From an uncultured Desulfococcus sp. (GTDB lineage Bacteria > Desulfobacterota > Desulfobacteria > Desulfobacterales > Desulfococcaceae): a stretch of DNA of 58,944 nt. Positions within the stretch are counted from its first letter, which is position 1, and each line of letters opens with the position of its first letter. Location: assembly GCA_913060435.1 (NCBI GenBank), contig CAJXSB010000001.1, forward strand, positions 1-58,944, in the 5' to 3' direction. This document shows, in pieces, positions 8,849 to 17,557 of this stretch. The notes beneath the pieces are model-generated. The model searched no databases. It saw only the letters and a program-made list of their open reading frames with translations, and had not been told where the DNA came from. A program made the position numbers and the translations under genes.

Positions 8849-11008
8849 ATGAGGTATGCAAGTTTTCTGTCGGCACTGATTTTCTTGGCCTGGGCCGGTC
8901 CCCTGTTTGCGGAAGAGACCCTTACCCTTGCACCGATGACCGTGACGGCGGAGCGGGAAATTTCAGCGGAGCGCAACGAGGTCACCGTCGATCTCGAAAC
9001 CGAGGCCAGCCCCGTGGTCTCGACGGTTCCCGATGCCCTGGACAAGACATCGGGACTGGACATCCAGCGCCGGTCCATTCTCACCCCCAAGAGCAGCCAG
9101 GTGCGCATCCGGGGATTCGATGAGCGGCGCTCCCTCATCATGCTGGACGGCCGGCCCCTCAACGGGACCGGCGTCATGGGCGGGCAGTTTGTGGACTGGA
9201 GCATCCTGGCCATTCAGGGCTGGCAGTCGGTGGATGTGGGCAAGGGCGCCTTCAGCGCCAAATACGGCAATACCCTGGGCGGCACCATAGAACTGACACC
9301 CATACCGCTTTCCGAGGGGATTTCGGCAAACGCCTCGACGGGCTATAAGCGTTACGACACCTGGTCCCTGGGGGCGTCGGTTTCCGCCCGTCATGAAAAC
9401 CTGGGCGGCCGTGTTTCGGCTGGGTATGCCGCCACCGACGGAAACCTGCGGAACAGCGAGGCAAATCGGGCCGATGCCTCCGCGGATCTCTATTATTACT
9501 GGGGCGGCGACGGGGAGATCAAGGGGAGCGTTCGCTATACCGAAGGGGATTTCAACATGCCGGTGGAAAACCAGGCGGACCTTCCCGGGTACGATCCAGC
9601 CTACCCGGAGAGCCTGGGCACCTACCTCATCGGGCCCGGCATTCAATTCCCCTCCGGCGACCGGCATGGCGACGGCAGCTACTACAACAAGAAACGAACG
9701 GAGCTGGACCTCGGCATCCGGAAAAACATCGCCGGGTTCGATTCCCAGGTGAAGGTCTATTTCAACGATGAGTACCGGAAGGATTTTATCTACTCGTACG
9801 AAGAGGACCGCCTGGTCCTGGAGCGGGATGCGACGCCGGACCGGTCGTGGGGGTGGGTGACCCGTTTTTCACGGCTGTTGGGGGCCCACCGGATCGGGTT
9901 CGGGGCCGACGGCAACTACCAGGGATACGGCGGTACGGAAAACACCTTCATCCAGGACGGATATTTTTCCAGGCCTGTCACCGACGGTAGTGATGAATGG
10001 GACGCCACCCGCTGGCAGGGGGCGTACATTGACGACGAATGGGCCATTTTGAACGACCTGAGCCTCTATGGCGGCCTACGGTATGATGATTATTATGGAG
10101 ACCGGAGTGTCGACCAGGTAACGGGATATGTCAACAAAAAACCTGCCGGATTCGAGACCGTGGATGCGCATTTCAACGAAAGCGTCCTCCTCCCCAAACT
10201 CGGCCTGGTGTACAGGCCCCTGGACGGCCTTGCGCTGTTCGGGCGGTTCGCACGAGCCACCCGGTTCCCGGACAATCCGGCTTTTTACTGGTATTACGGC
10301 GGATACCGGCCCGAGGTGGACCCCAACTCGGATGTGGTCCGAAAGCCCCTGACCTATGAGGACGCCCTCCAATACGAAGCCGGGGTCCGATACACCGGCA
10401 TCCAGGGGCTGTCGGTGGCCCTCAGCTATTACAACTACCAGGTGGACGACTACATCCGCTGGATCTTCGGCTATGCCCCCAGCCGGGTGGTCTACAACAT
10501 CGATCAGGTCGATTTTCAGGGGGTGGAGCTGGACACGGAAGGCCGGATCTGGGGAAATTGGTCGGCTTTCTTCAACGCCACCTGGCAGCAGACGAAAAAG
10601 AAGGGAGATGTCCTCGACGCCAGCAACGCCCTCTCCGATGCGCTCTCGGAACTGCCGGAGTTCAAGTTCAACACCGGCATCAAATACCAGCGGCCCGACG
10701 GTCTTCAGGCCAGGGCGACCCTCCGATGGGTGGACGATCGGGAGGTGCCGTTTCTCGGTGCGCCCGGGGCGCCCTTTGCCGGCGGCAGCGCCCCGGACGG
10801 CGCCCCCATGGGCAGCCCGGTCACCCTCAAGACCCTGGACGCCTTTACGGTGGTGGACCTCTCCCTGAAATATCCGCTCTGGAAGGGTCGGTCCGAAGGG
10901 TTCGTGACGGCCGGGGTGGAAAACCTGTTCGACGAGAATTACGAAGAGGAGTACGGCTTCCCCCAACCCGGCCAGACTTTTTTCATCACTGCGGAAATCG
11001 CCTATTAA
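8849..11008 (+). CDS. TonB-dependent receptor
   Basis: Signal peptide, MTVTAER TonB-box-like segment, plug motif IRGF...LDGRP, C-terminal VENLFDENY...AEIAY. Confidence 0.9.
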   Translation: MRYASFLSALIFLAWAGPLFAEETLTLAPMTVTAEREISAERNEVTVDLETEASPVVSTVPDALDKTSGLDIQRRSILTPKSSQVRIRGFDERRSLIMLDGRPLNGTGVMGGQFVDWSILAIQGWQSVDVGKGAFSAKYGNTLGGTIELTPIPLSEGISANASTGYKRYDTWSLGASVSARHENLGGRVSAGYAATDGNLRNSEANRADASADLYYYWGGDGEIKGSVRYTEGDFNMPVENQADLPGYDPAYPESLGTYLIGPGIQFPSGDRHGDGSYYNKKRTELDLGIRKNIAGFDSQVKVYFNDEYRKDFIYSYEEDRLVLERDATPDRSWGWVTRFSRLLGAHRIGFGADGNYQGYGGTENTFIQDGYFSRPVTDGSDEWDATRWQGAYIDDEWAILNDLSLYGGLRYDDYYGDRSVDQVTGYVNKKPAGFETVDAHFNESVLLPKLGLVYRPLDGLALFGRFARATRFPDNPAFYWYYGGYRPEVDPNSDVVRKPLTYEDALQYEAGVRYTGIQGLSVALSYYNYQVDDYIRWIFGYAPSRVVYNIDQVDFQGVELDTEGRIWGNWSAFFNATWQQTKKKGDVLDASNALSDALSELPEFKFNTGIKYQRPDGLQARATLRWVDDREVPFLGAPGAPFAGGSAPDGAPMGSPVTLKTLDAFTVVDLSLKYPLWKGRSEGFVTAGVENLFDENYEEEYGFPQPGQTFFITAEIAY

Positions 11009-11021
11009 CGGAGGAAAAGAT

Positions 11022-11579
11022 ATGGAGAAGACCCTTTGGGACGAAATGGAAATGACATTGAAGCCCGTGGGATATGTTCGGAGCGGCATTGCACAGCCCA
11101 TGCTGACGGCCGGCGAGGAAGACCTGGCGCTGGCGGAGCGGATGGAAAAGATCCGGCGCTATCATCAGAAGGTGAAAGAGACGGTCTGCGAGCTGGTCAT
11201 CGACCCTGGCCTTGCCGGCATCCTGGAAGGGATCGAGGATTTTTCCCATATCCTGGTGCTCTATTGGCCCCACCTGATTCCGGAATCCCGGCGCGGCCTG
11301 CGCCGGGTTCATCCCATGGGCCGGAAGGACCTCCCCATCAAGGGGATCTTTGCCACCTGCAGCCCGGCCAGGCCCAACCCCATTCTGGTGTCTACCGTCC
11401 CCCTGGTGGAGGTCGCCGGCAATGTTCTCCGGGTGCGGGGGCTCGAAGCCGTGGACGGCAGCCCCATCGTGGACATCAAGCCGTTTTCGAAAAGCTACCA
11501 CGGCGCCGAGGAGGTCCGGGTCCCGGCATGGATGGAGCAGATCCGGCGGGAGCTTGAAGAAGCGGAGGGGGATCATTAA
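11022..11579 (+). CDS. TsaA/TrmO-like SAM-binding protein
   Basis: LKPVGYVRS, GIEDFSHILVLYW, GIFATCSPARPNPI and GLEAVDGSPIVDIKP motifs. Confidence 0.85.
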   Translation: MEKTLWDEMEMTLKPVGYVRSGIAQPMLTAGEEDLALAERMEKIRRYHQKVKETVCELVIDPGLAGILEGIEDFSHILVLYWPHLIPESRRGLRRVHPMGRKDLPIKGIFATCSPARPNPILVSTVPLVEVAGNVLRVRGLEAVDGSPIVDIKPFSKSYHGAEEVRVPAWMEQIRRELEEAEGDH

Positions 11580-11617
11580 TTTATGATTATAAACCCAACC
11601 CGTAAGGAGTATGGCGC

Positions 11618-12217
11618 ATGAATTCACAGGAGATTATGAACAGCGAGGACTTTCAGCGGTGTGCGGCTTTTCACGGCCACATCTGCCCGGGGCTCTCCAT
11701 CGGGTACCGTGCCGCCAAGGCCGGCATGGCGTGGCTGGCGGAGCAACGGGCCGAGGACGAGGAGGTGGTGGCCGTCGTCGAGACGGACGCCTGCTCCGCC
11801 GATGCGGTGCAGGTCCTGACCGGCTGCACCTTCGGCAAGGGCAACTTTATCTTCAAGGACCACGGCAAGATGGTGCTGACCATCCTGAGCCGGAAGAATG
11901 GCAAAGGGGTGCGGGTCTCTCTCCGGCCCGAAGCCTTTTCACCGGACGCCGAGCACACCGCCCTGATCCGGAAGGTAACGGGCGGGGAGGCGAGTCCGGC
12001 GGAGGAGGCCCGTTTTCGGGAGCTTCACCTGCAGCGGAGCCGGGACCTGCTGGAGAGACCTGTTGGGGATCTATTCGAACTGGCGCCCGCCGAGATGGCG
12101 ATGCCCGGAAAAGCGCGGATTGAGCCCTCCGAGCCGTGTGCGCGGTGCGGGGAGCCGACCATGCCTTCGAAGATGGAAAGCATCGACGGAAAGAAAATCT
12201 GCCGCGGATGCCTCTGA
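11618..12217 (+). CDS. FmdE family protein with C-terminal zinc finger
   Basis: FHGHICPG, ETDACSADAVQVLTGCTFGKGN, CARCGE...ICRGC. Confidence 0.9.
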   Translation: MNSQEIMNSEDFQRCAAFHGHICPGLSIGYRAAKAGMAWLAEQRAEDEEVVAVVETDACSADAVQVLTGCTFGKGNFIFKDHGKMVLTILSRKNGKGVRVSLRPEAFSPDAEHTALIRKVTGGEASPAEEARFRELHLQRSRDLLERPVGDLFELAPAEMAMPGKARIEPSEPCARCGEPTMPSKMESIDGKKICRGCL

Positions 12218-12267
12218 CGCCGCGAAGGATGTTTCCCAAAACCCTAATTACTGAAGGAGGTCCAAAT

Positions 12268-12528
12268 ATGGAAGGTGATCACAAGCATCAACACAAACAC
12301 ACCCATGAGCATACCCATCAACATGAGCACCCCCACACCCATGACGGCCAGACCCACACCCACCCCCACGAGCACCGCCATGCGCATGAGCATGATCACG
12401 AACACGCCCATGCCCACACCCATGCGGGCGGGGTAGACGATCACGGACATGAGCATTCGGGGGAGCATGGCGTCCATGATCATGACCATCCCGAACACGA
12501 AAAGGAGCCTCACGACCATTCCCATTGA
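12268..12528 (+). CDS. Small His-rich protein (86 aa, 34 His)
   Basis: Strong RBS AAGGAGG and ATG at 12268; alternating HxH sequence. Confidence 0.85.
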   Translation: MEGDHKHQHKHTHEHTHQHEHPHTHDGQTHTHPHEHRHAHEHDHEHAHAHTHAGGVDDHGHEHSGEHGVHDHDHPEHEKEPHDHSH

Positions 12529-12639
12529 CGGAAATCGCGAAGCAGCAGCGGGAAAATTAACGGAACCCGCGGCAGTGGCAGCGGGCAAAAATGGCTTGAC
12601 TTCCCCATGGGATATTGATTACAAATACGTTTATACCCA

Positions 12640-12753
12640 GGCGGCAGAAGCCGCCCGAATGAGATAACCGCAAGAAGACAAAAAAATTTTCAATACAGCC
12701 ACGAAGGCAGCGCTTCCGGAGAACGGAGGCTGCTTCGTGGCTGTTTTTATTTT
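12640..12753 (+). promoter_or_regulatory. Dual-hairpin attenuator-like leader, copy E (upstream of the FecCD-type ABC operon)
   Basis: TTGACT at 12596; GGCGGC-AGAA-GCCGCC (12640-12655); GCC-ACGAA-GGC (12698-12708); CTTCGTGGCTG followed by a T-rich tract. Confidence 0.75.
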
Positions 12754-12759
12754 GGAGGA

Positions 12760-13815
12760 ATGGAGATGGAAGATACGGCCTGCGCACCAGTTCTGAAAGG
12801 GAGGGACGGGGCGGCCACCCGGGTCTATCGGCAGACCATGCGTCGAAAACGGATGCTGCTGTCGGTCCTCTGGGGCGCCATCGGGGTGATAGGCCTCTAT
12901 GCCGTGACCCAGGGCGCCTATGACCTGACGGTGGAGAAGATGCTGCGGGCCCTTGCCGGCGGCCTGTCGCCCGCGGAATCGGTGGTGGTCTGGAACATCC
13001 GGCTGCCCCGCATCATCGCCGCAGTGGTGGTGGGATGGGGGCTCGCCCTCTCCGGTCTCGGCATCCAGTCGCTCCTGAAAAACCCCCTGGGCTCGCCGTC
13101 CACCCTGGGCATCAGCCAGGGGGCGGCATTCGGCGCAGCGTCGGCCATCGTGGTCTTCGACAGCCAGGTCGCTTCGGTGACGGCCATGGCCTTCGCGGGC
13201 GCCATGGCGGCCACGGGCATCATTCTGCTCCTGGGCCGCCTCAAGCGCCTCACCCCCGAAGCCGTCATCCTCGCCGGCGTGGCCCTGTCGTCGCTCTTTG
13301 CGTCTGCGACGATCCTGATCCAGTATATCGCCACCGAGACCGAACTGGCCGTGGTGGTCTTCTGGACCTTCGGGGACGTGGCTCGGTCCGGATGGCGGGA
13401 GATCGGTCTCCTGAGCGTCGCCGTGGCCGGGGTCACCCTCTTTTTCATGATCCGCCGCTGGGACTTGAACGCCCTGGCTTCCGGGGAGGAGACCGCCCGG
13501 GGCCTGGGGGTGAACGTAGAACGGGTCCGGGTCGAGGGGATGGTGGCCGCCGCACTGGTGGCGGCCCTGGCCACCGCCTTCTGCGGCGTAATCGCCTTTG
13601 TGGGGTTGATCGCACCCCACATGGCCCGCCGCCTGGTGGGGGGGGATCATTCTCTGCTGATTCCCTTCTCGGCCGTTCTGGGGGCACTGCTGCTCCTGTC
13701 GGCCGATACCCTGGGGCGGGTGATCGCGGGTTCGGGTGCGCTTCCCGTGGGCGTGGTGACCGCTTTCCTGGGCGCGCCCATGTTTCTTTACCTGCTGGTT
13801 CGGGGATACCGATAA
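12760..13815 (+). CDS. FecCD/BtuC-family ABC permease
   Basis: IRLPRI, QSLLKNPLGSPSTLGISQGA, GEETARGLGV, FVGLIAPH and LPVGVVTAFLGAP motifs. Confidence 0.92.
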   Translation: MEMEDTACAPVLKGRDGAATRVYRQTMRRKRMLLSVLWGAIGVIGLYAVTQGAYDLTVEKMLRALAGGLSPAESVVVWNIRLPRIIAAVVVGWGLALSGLGIQSLLKNPLGSPSTLGISQGAAFGAASAIVVFDSQVASVTAMAFAGAMAATGIILLLGRLKRLTPEAVILAGVALSSLFASATILIQYIATETELAVVVFWTFGDVARSGWREIGLLSVAVAGVTLFFMIRRWDLNALASGEETARGLGVNVERVRVEGMVAAALVAALATAFCGVIAFVGLIAPHMARRLVGGDHSLLIPFSAVLGALLLLSADTLGRVIAGSGALPVGVVTAFLGAPMFLYLLVRGYR

Positions 13816-14594
13816 TGGGAAAAGCCCTTGCCGGGAACGGGATGATCCTGGAGGTTTCGGGCATCCGATTCTCCTACAACAGCCACCCGGTGCTGGCGGG
13901 AATCGGCTTCTCCCTGGCGCCCGGCCGGGTCCTGGGGGTCCTGGGCCGGAATGGTGCGGGGAAATCGACCCTCCTCAAATGCCTCAACCGCATCCTCTCT
14001 CCCCAGTCCGGCGCCGTACTGCTGGAAGGCGAGGACCTCCTCTCCATGGGCCGCAGGGCGGTGGCCCGCAGGGTCGGATATGTCCCTCAGCGGCATGACG
14101 CGGAGCGCCTTACGGTATATGAGACGGTCCTCCTCGGCCGGAAGCCGCACATGGGGTGGACGGTCTCCCCGGAAGACTGCCGGCGGGTCGAGACGATCCT
14201 CGAGCAGATGGGGCTGACCCTGCTCTCCGCCCGTCCAGTCTCGGACCTGAGCGGCGGCGAGGTCCAGAAGGTGATAATCGCCCGTGCCCTGGCCCAGTCC
14301 CCCGGGGTGCTGCTTCTGGATGAACCCACCAGCAACCTGGACCTCAAGAACCAGCTGGAAGTAATGGGGCTTGTTCGCGGCATCGCCCGGAATCAGGGGC
14401 TTTCCGCCGTGGTCTCCATCCATGACCTCAATCTGGCCGTCCGCTTCGCCGACAGCTTCCTGTTTCTCAAGGATCACCGGGTGCACGCCCTGGTGGAAAA
14501 AGACGGCCTGAACGCGGACATCATCCAGGAGGTCTACGGCGTCGGGGTCTCCCTTCGGGAGGTGGACGGCAGCACCGTGGTGATACCTTTGTAG
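13815..14594 (+). CDS. ABC ATPase (FepC/FecE type)
   Basis: GRNGAGKST, LSGGE, LLLDEPTSNLD and IHDLNLA; start may be 13842. Confidence 0.92.
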   Translation: MGKALAGNGMILEVSGIRFSYNSHPVLAGIGFSLAPGRVLGVLGRNGAGKSTLLKCLNRILSPQSGAVLLEGEDLLSMGRRAVARRVGYVPQRHDAERLTVYETVLLGRKPHMGWTVSPEDCRRVETILEQMGLTLLSARPVSDLSGGEVQKVIIARALAQSPGVLLLDEPTSNLDLKNQLEVMGLVRGIARNQGLSAVVSIHDLNLAVRFADSFLFLKDHRVHALVEKDGLNADIIQEVYGVGVSLREVDGSTVVIPL

Positions 14595-14610
14595 CGCGGA
14601 AGGAGGAGAC

Positions 14611-15702
14611 GTGAAATATTTTTGGTTGGCAGGTGGGCTGCTCATCTCTCTGGTGCTCGCCTCCGGTGCTGCCGCAGCGGAAGCCGTGGCGGTGAAGGAT
14701 ACGGCCGGGCGGATGGTGACGGTGCCCGAAGATCCGGATCGCATCGTCGCCATCGGTCCCGGCAGCCTGCGGCTGATGGTCTACCTCGAGGCCCAGGACA
14801 AGGTGGTCGGCGTGGAGGATATGGAGAAGATGAATCCTGCCGGGCGCCCCTACTGGATCGCCCACCCGGACCTGGCGCGGCTGCCCCGCTGCGGGCCGGG
14901 AGGTCCTGCTGGCATCAACAAGAAGCCCGACATGGAGGCGGTGGTGGCCTTGGCCCCCCAGGTGATCTTCACCACCTATATGGACGCCGCCCTGGCCGAA
15001 GCGGTGCAGACGACCCTGGGCATTCCCGTGGTGGTATTGAGCTATGGCACCTTCGCCACCTTTGACGACGCGGTCTACGATTCCCTCCGGATCGCCGGAA
15101 AAATTCTGAACCGCGGGAAACGGGCCGAGGATGTCGTGGATTTTATCGAGGCGGTGCAGCGCGATCTCCGGAAGCGGGTCGGTGACATTCCCGAAGACCG
15201 GAAGCCGGGGGCCTACGTGGGGGGAATCGGCTATCGCGGGGCCCACGGCATCGAAAGCACAGAGGTCGACTACATTCCATTGACGTGGGCGGGCGCCCGC
15301 AACCTGGCAGACCAGGTGACCGCCCGCATCGGCAGCCACGTATTCGTGGACAAGGAGATTCTGCTGGGCCTCAATCCCGACGTCATCTTCATCGACGGCG
15401 GGGGCCTCGCCCTGGTGGCCGAGGACGTCCGGCGGAACCCTGAATTCTACGCCGCCCTGAAGGCCTTCCAGACCCGGCGTGCCTATGTGCTGCTGCCGTT
15501 CAACTTCTACACCACCAATATCGGCACGGCCCTGGCCGATGCCTACGCCGTCGGGAAACTGCTCTATCCCGAACGATTCAGGGATGTCGATCCCGAGGCC
15601 AAGGCCGACGAGATCTACGCATTTTTCGTCGGGCGTCCGGTCTACCGGGAAATGGCGCGGGACTTCAGCCCCATCGGTCAGGTGGCGCCGTTTGTCGAAT
15701 GA
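14611..15702 (+). CDS. Metal-chelate ABC substrate-binding protein
   Basis: RBS AAGGAGGAG before GTG; signal peptide; VKDTAGRMVTVP..PDRIVA; NPDVIFID. Confidence 0.9.
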   Translation: MKYFWLAGGLLISLVLASGAAAAEAVAVKDTAGRMVTVPEDPDRIVAIGPGSLRLMVYLEAQDKVVGVEDMEKMNPAGRPYWIAHPDLARLPRCGPGGPAGINKKPDMEAVVALAPQVIFTTYMDAALAEAVQTTLGIPVVVLSYGTFATFDDAVYDSLRIAGKILNRGKRAEDVVDFIEAVQRDLRKRVGDIPEDRKPGAYVGGIGYRGAHGIESTEVDYIPLTWAGARNLADQVTARIGSHVFVDKEILLGLNPDVIFIDGGGLALVAEDVRRNPEFYAALKAFQTRRAYVLLPFNFYTTNIGTALADAYAVGKLLYPERFRDVDPEAKADEIYAFFVGRPVYREMARDFSPIGQVAPFVE

Positions 15703-15796
15703 TTCGCCTGAACGAAATTCGAGTAAAGCATACTAAATTTTGCAGCAAAGGGTGCCGCGTAATAAAGAAGGGGGGATGCGGCAGAGGGGAACAGAT

Positions 15797-16618
15797 ATGT
15801 GCAGAGACGGAATCGGGCCATGGCTCCCGCTTTTCGCCATGGCGATGACCATCGCACAGGGGGCGGATGCCCATGCCGGGGCGCGGGAAGCCTCCATGCG
15901 AATTACGATTCTTTATAACAACGTATCCCCAACGATGGGGCTCACTTCCGGCTGGGGTTTTTCATGCCTCGTGGAGGGTCTTGAGAAGACCATTCTTTTC
16001 GATACCGGGGGCGACGGTGACGTCCTGCTCGCCAATATGGCACGGCTTGGGATCGACCCGAAAGGGGTTGACGTCGTCTTTCTCTCCCATATCCATGCGG
16101 ACCATATCGGCGGGCTCGACGCCTTCCTGGCGCAGCATCCCGGGGCGGAGGTGATCCTGCCTGCGGGATTTCCACCGGCCTTCCTGGCGGCGATCTCCGG
16201 AAGGGGTGCCGCGGCAAGAATGATGAGCGCCGGCGGGAGGTTCATGGATCGGTGTTACACCACCGGTCCGTTGCAGGACGGCATTGTGGAACAGGCCATG
16301 ATCGTGGAGACCGAAAAAGGCATCGTGGTCATCACCGGCTGCGCCCACCCCGGCATCGCCCGCATTGCAGCGTCGGCCATCCGCCTTACAGGCAGAGGGA
16401 TCCACCTGCTCCTGGGCGGTTTTCATCTCCTGAGAAAAAGCCCAATGGAAACAGCGGCTATCATTTCCAGGCTTCAATCCCTGGGCGTAGCGAAGGTCGC
16501 CCCCAGCCATTGCACCGGCGAGGCGGCCACCACGATGTTCCGGCAGGCCTGGGGCAGCGATTTCATCGAGGGTGGACTGGGATCGGTGATCGAGGTCCCC
16601 CTTCGAGAAGGCCCTTGA
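15797..16618 (+). CDS. MBL-fold metallohydrolase
   Basis: ILFDTG, LSHIHADHIGGL, TGCAHPG, GGFHL and SHCTG motifs; start uncertain (15797-15896). Confidence 0.85.
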   Translation: MCRDGIGPWLPLFAMAMTIAQGADAHAGAREASMRITILYNNVSPTMGLTSGWGFSCLVEGLEKTILFDTGGDGDVLLANMARLGIDPKGVDVVFLSHIHADHIGGLDAFLAQHPGAEVILPAGFPPAFLAAISGRGAAARMMSAGGRFMDRCYTTGPLQDGIVEQAMIVETEKGIVVITGCAHPGIARIAASAIRLTGRGIHLLLGGFHLLRKSPMETAAIISRLQSLGVAKVAPSHCTGEAATTMFRQAWGSDFIEGGLGSVIEVPLREGP

Positions 16619-16693
16619 TCCTCGTCAATGACGCCGGTGGGGCGGAATCCGGCCCCGGAGAACACCGGCTGATGAAACGCTGAAGTTGCGCAA

Positions 16694-16867
16694 TCAGTTG
16701 AGGCTTGGGCGGACGAGGTCTTCCAGGGAAATGCCTTCAGCCGATGCGAGGCCGGCGGCGTTTTTCCGCATCCATTCCCGGAAATTCCGAATAAAGCCGG
16801 GGTCGTGGAAGATGATCATCTCTCCCAGGCAGTTGAGATCCTGTTGAATGCGCCAATAGACATGCAT
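16694..16867 (-). CDS. Small hypothetical protein or gene fragment (57 aa)
   Basis: RBS GAGGAAGGA before the ATG; lies directly downstream of cobA on the same strand. Confidence 0.45.
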   Translation of the reverse strand: MHVYWRIQQDLNCLGEMIIFHDPGFIRNFREWMRKNAAGLASAEGISLEDLVRPSLN

Positions 16868-16925
16868 TGGATTTTCCTTCCTCAAAATGAGTGGCCGGGG
16901 CACCAGCACGGGGTCGCTGGCTTCC

Positions 16926-17447
16926 TTAGAACTCTACGCCTGCCTGGGCCACGACGCCGTTTTCATATGGATGCCGGACCGGCTGCATGTTGGTCACCAG
17001 GTCGGCGGCGGCCACCAGCTCCGGGGGGGCGTAGCGGCCGGTGACGACCACGTGGAGCTTCTCGTCCCGCTGGGCCAGGTCCGCCAGGCAGGCCTTGACA
17101 TCGACCATGTGGAAATTGAGAAGATAGGTGAATTCATCGAGGACCACCGTGTGGTATTTCCCCGAGGACATGGCCGCCAGCGCGAATTCCCAGGCCTCCA
17201 GGGCCAGGCGGCGGTCTTCTTCCATGTTGTCGGATTTCCAGGTGAAGCCCCTGCCCATGACGTGGAAGTCGATCAGTTCGTCGTAGCGTTTGACCGCCTC
17301 CATCTCGCCGTATTTCCAGCTCCCCTTGATGAACTGGATGAAGCAGACCCGCATCCCGTGGCCGGCGGCCCGCAGGGCCATGCCGAGCGCGGCGGTGGTC
17401 TTGCCCTTGCCGTCGCCGGTGAACACCATCAGCAGTCCTTTTTCCAT
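16926..17447 (-). CDS. cobA: Cob(I)yrinic acid a,c-diamide adenosyltransferase (CobA/CobO/BtuR)
   Basis: TGDGKGKTTAALG, QFIKG, GRGFTW, LDE, TGR and HPYENGVVAQAGVEF. Confidence 0.93.
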   Translation of the reverse strand: MEKGLLMVFTGDGKGKTTAALGMALRAAGHGMRVCFIQFIKGSWKYGEMEAVKRYDELIDFHVMGRGFTWKSDNMEEDRRLALEAWEFALAAMSSGKYHTVVLDEFTYLLNFHMVDVKACLADLAQRDEKLHVVVTGRYAPPELVAAADLVTNMQPVRHPYENGVVAQAGVEF

Positions 17448-17557
17448 CGCTTGCTCTCCTTCTCCGGCCGATTTTCCTATGCGGTTTGGATGCGGACGGC
17501 GGCCGTCGACGCCGCCGCCCGTCCCTCGCGGAATGTCCCCAATGGAGATCCGCTGAT

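Noticed and set aside
16669-16691. CTGATGA here and at 31970 as a hammerhead ribozyme core
   Set aside because: No GAAA follows a stem II at the required position, and stems I/III cannot be built.
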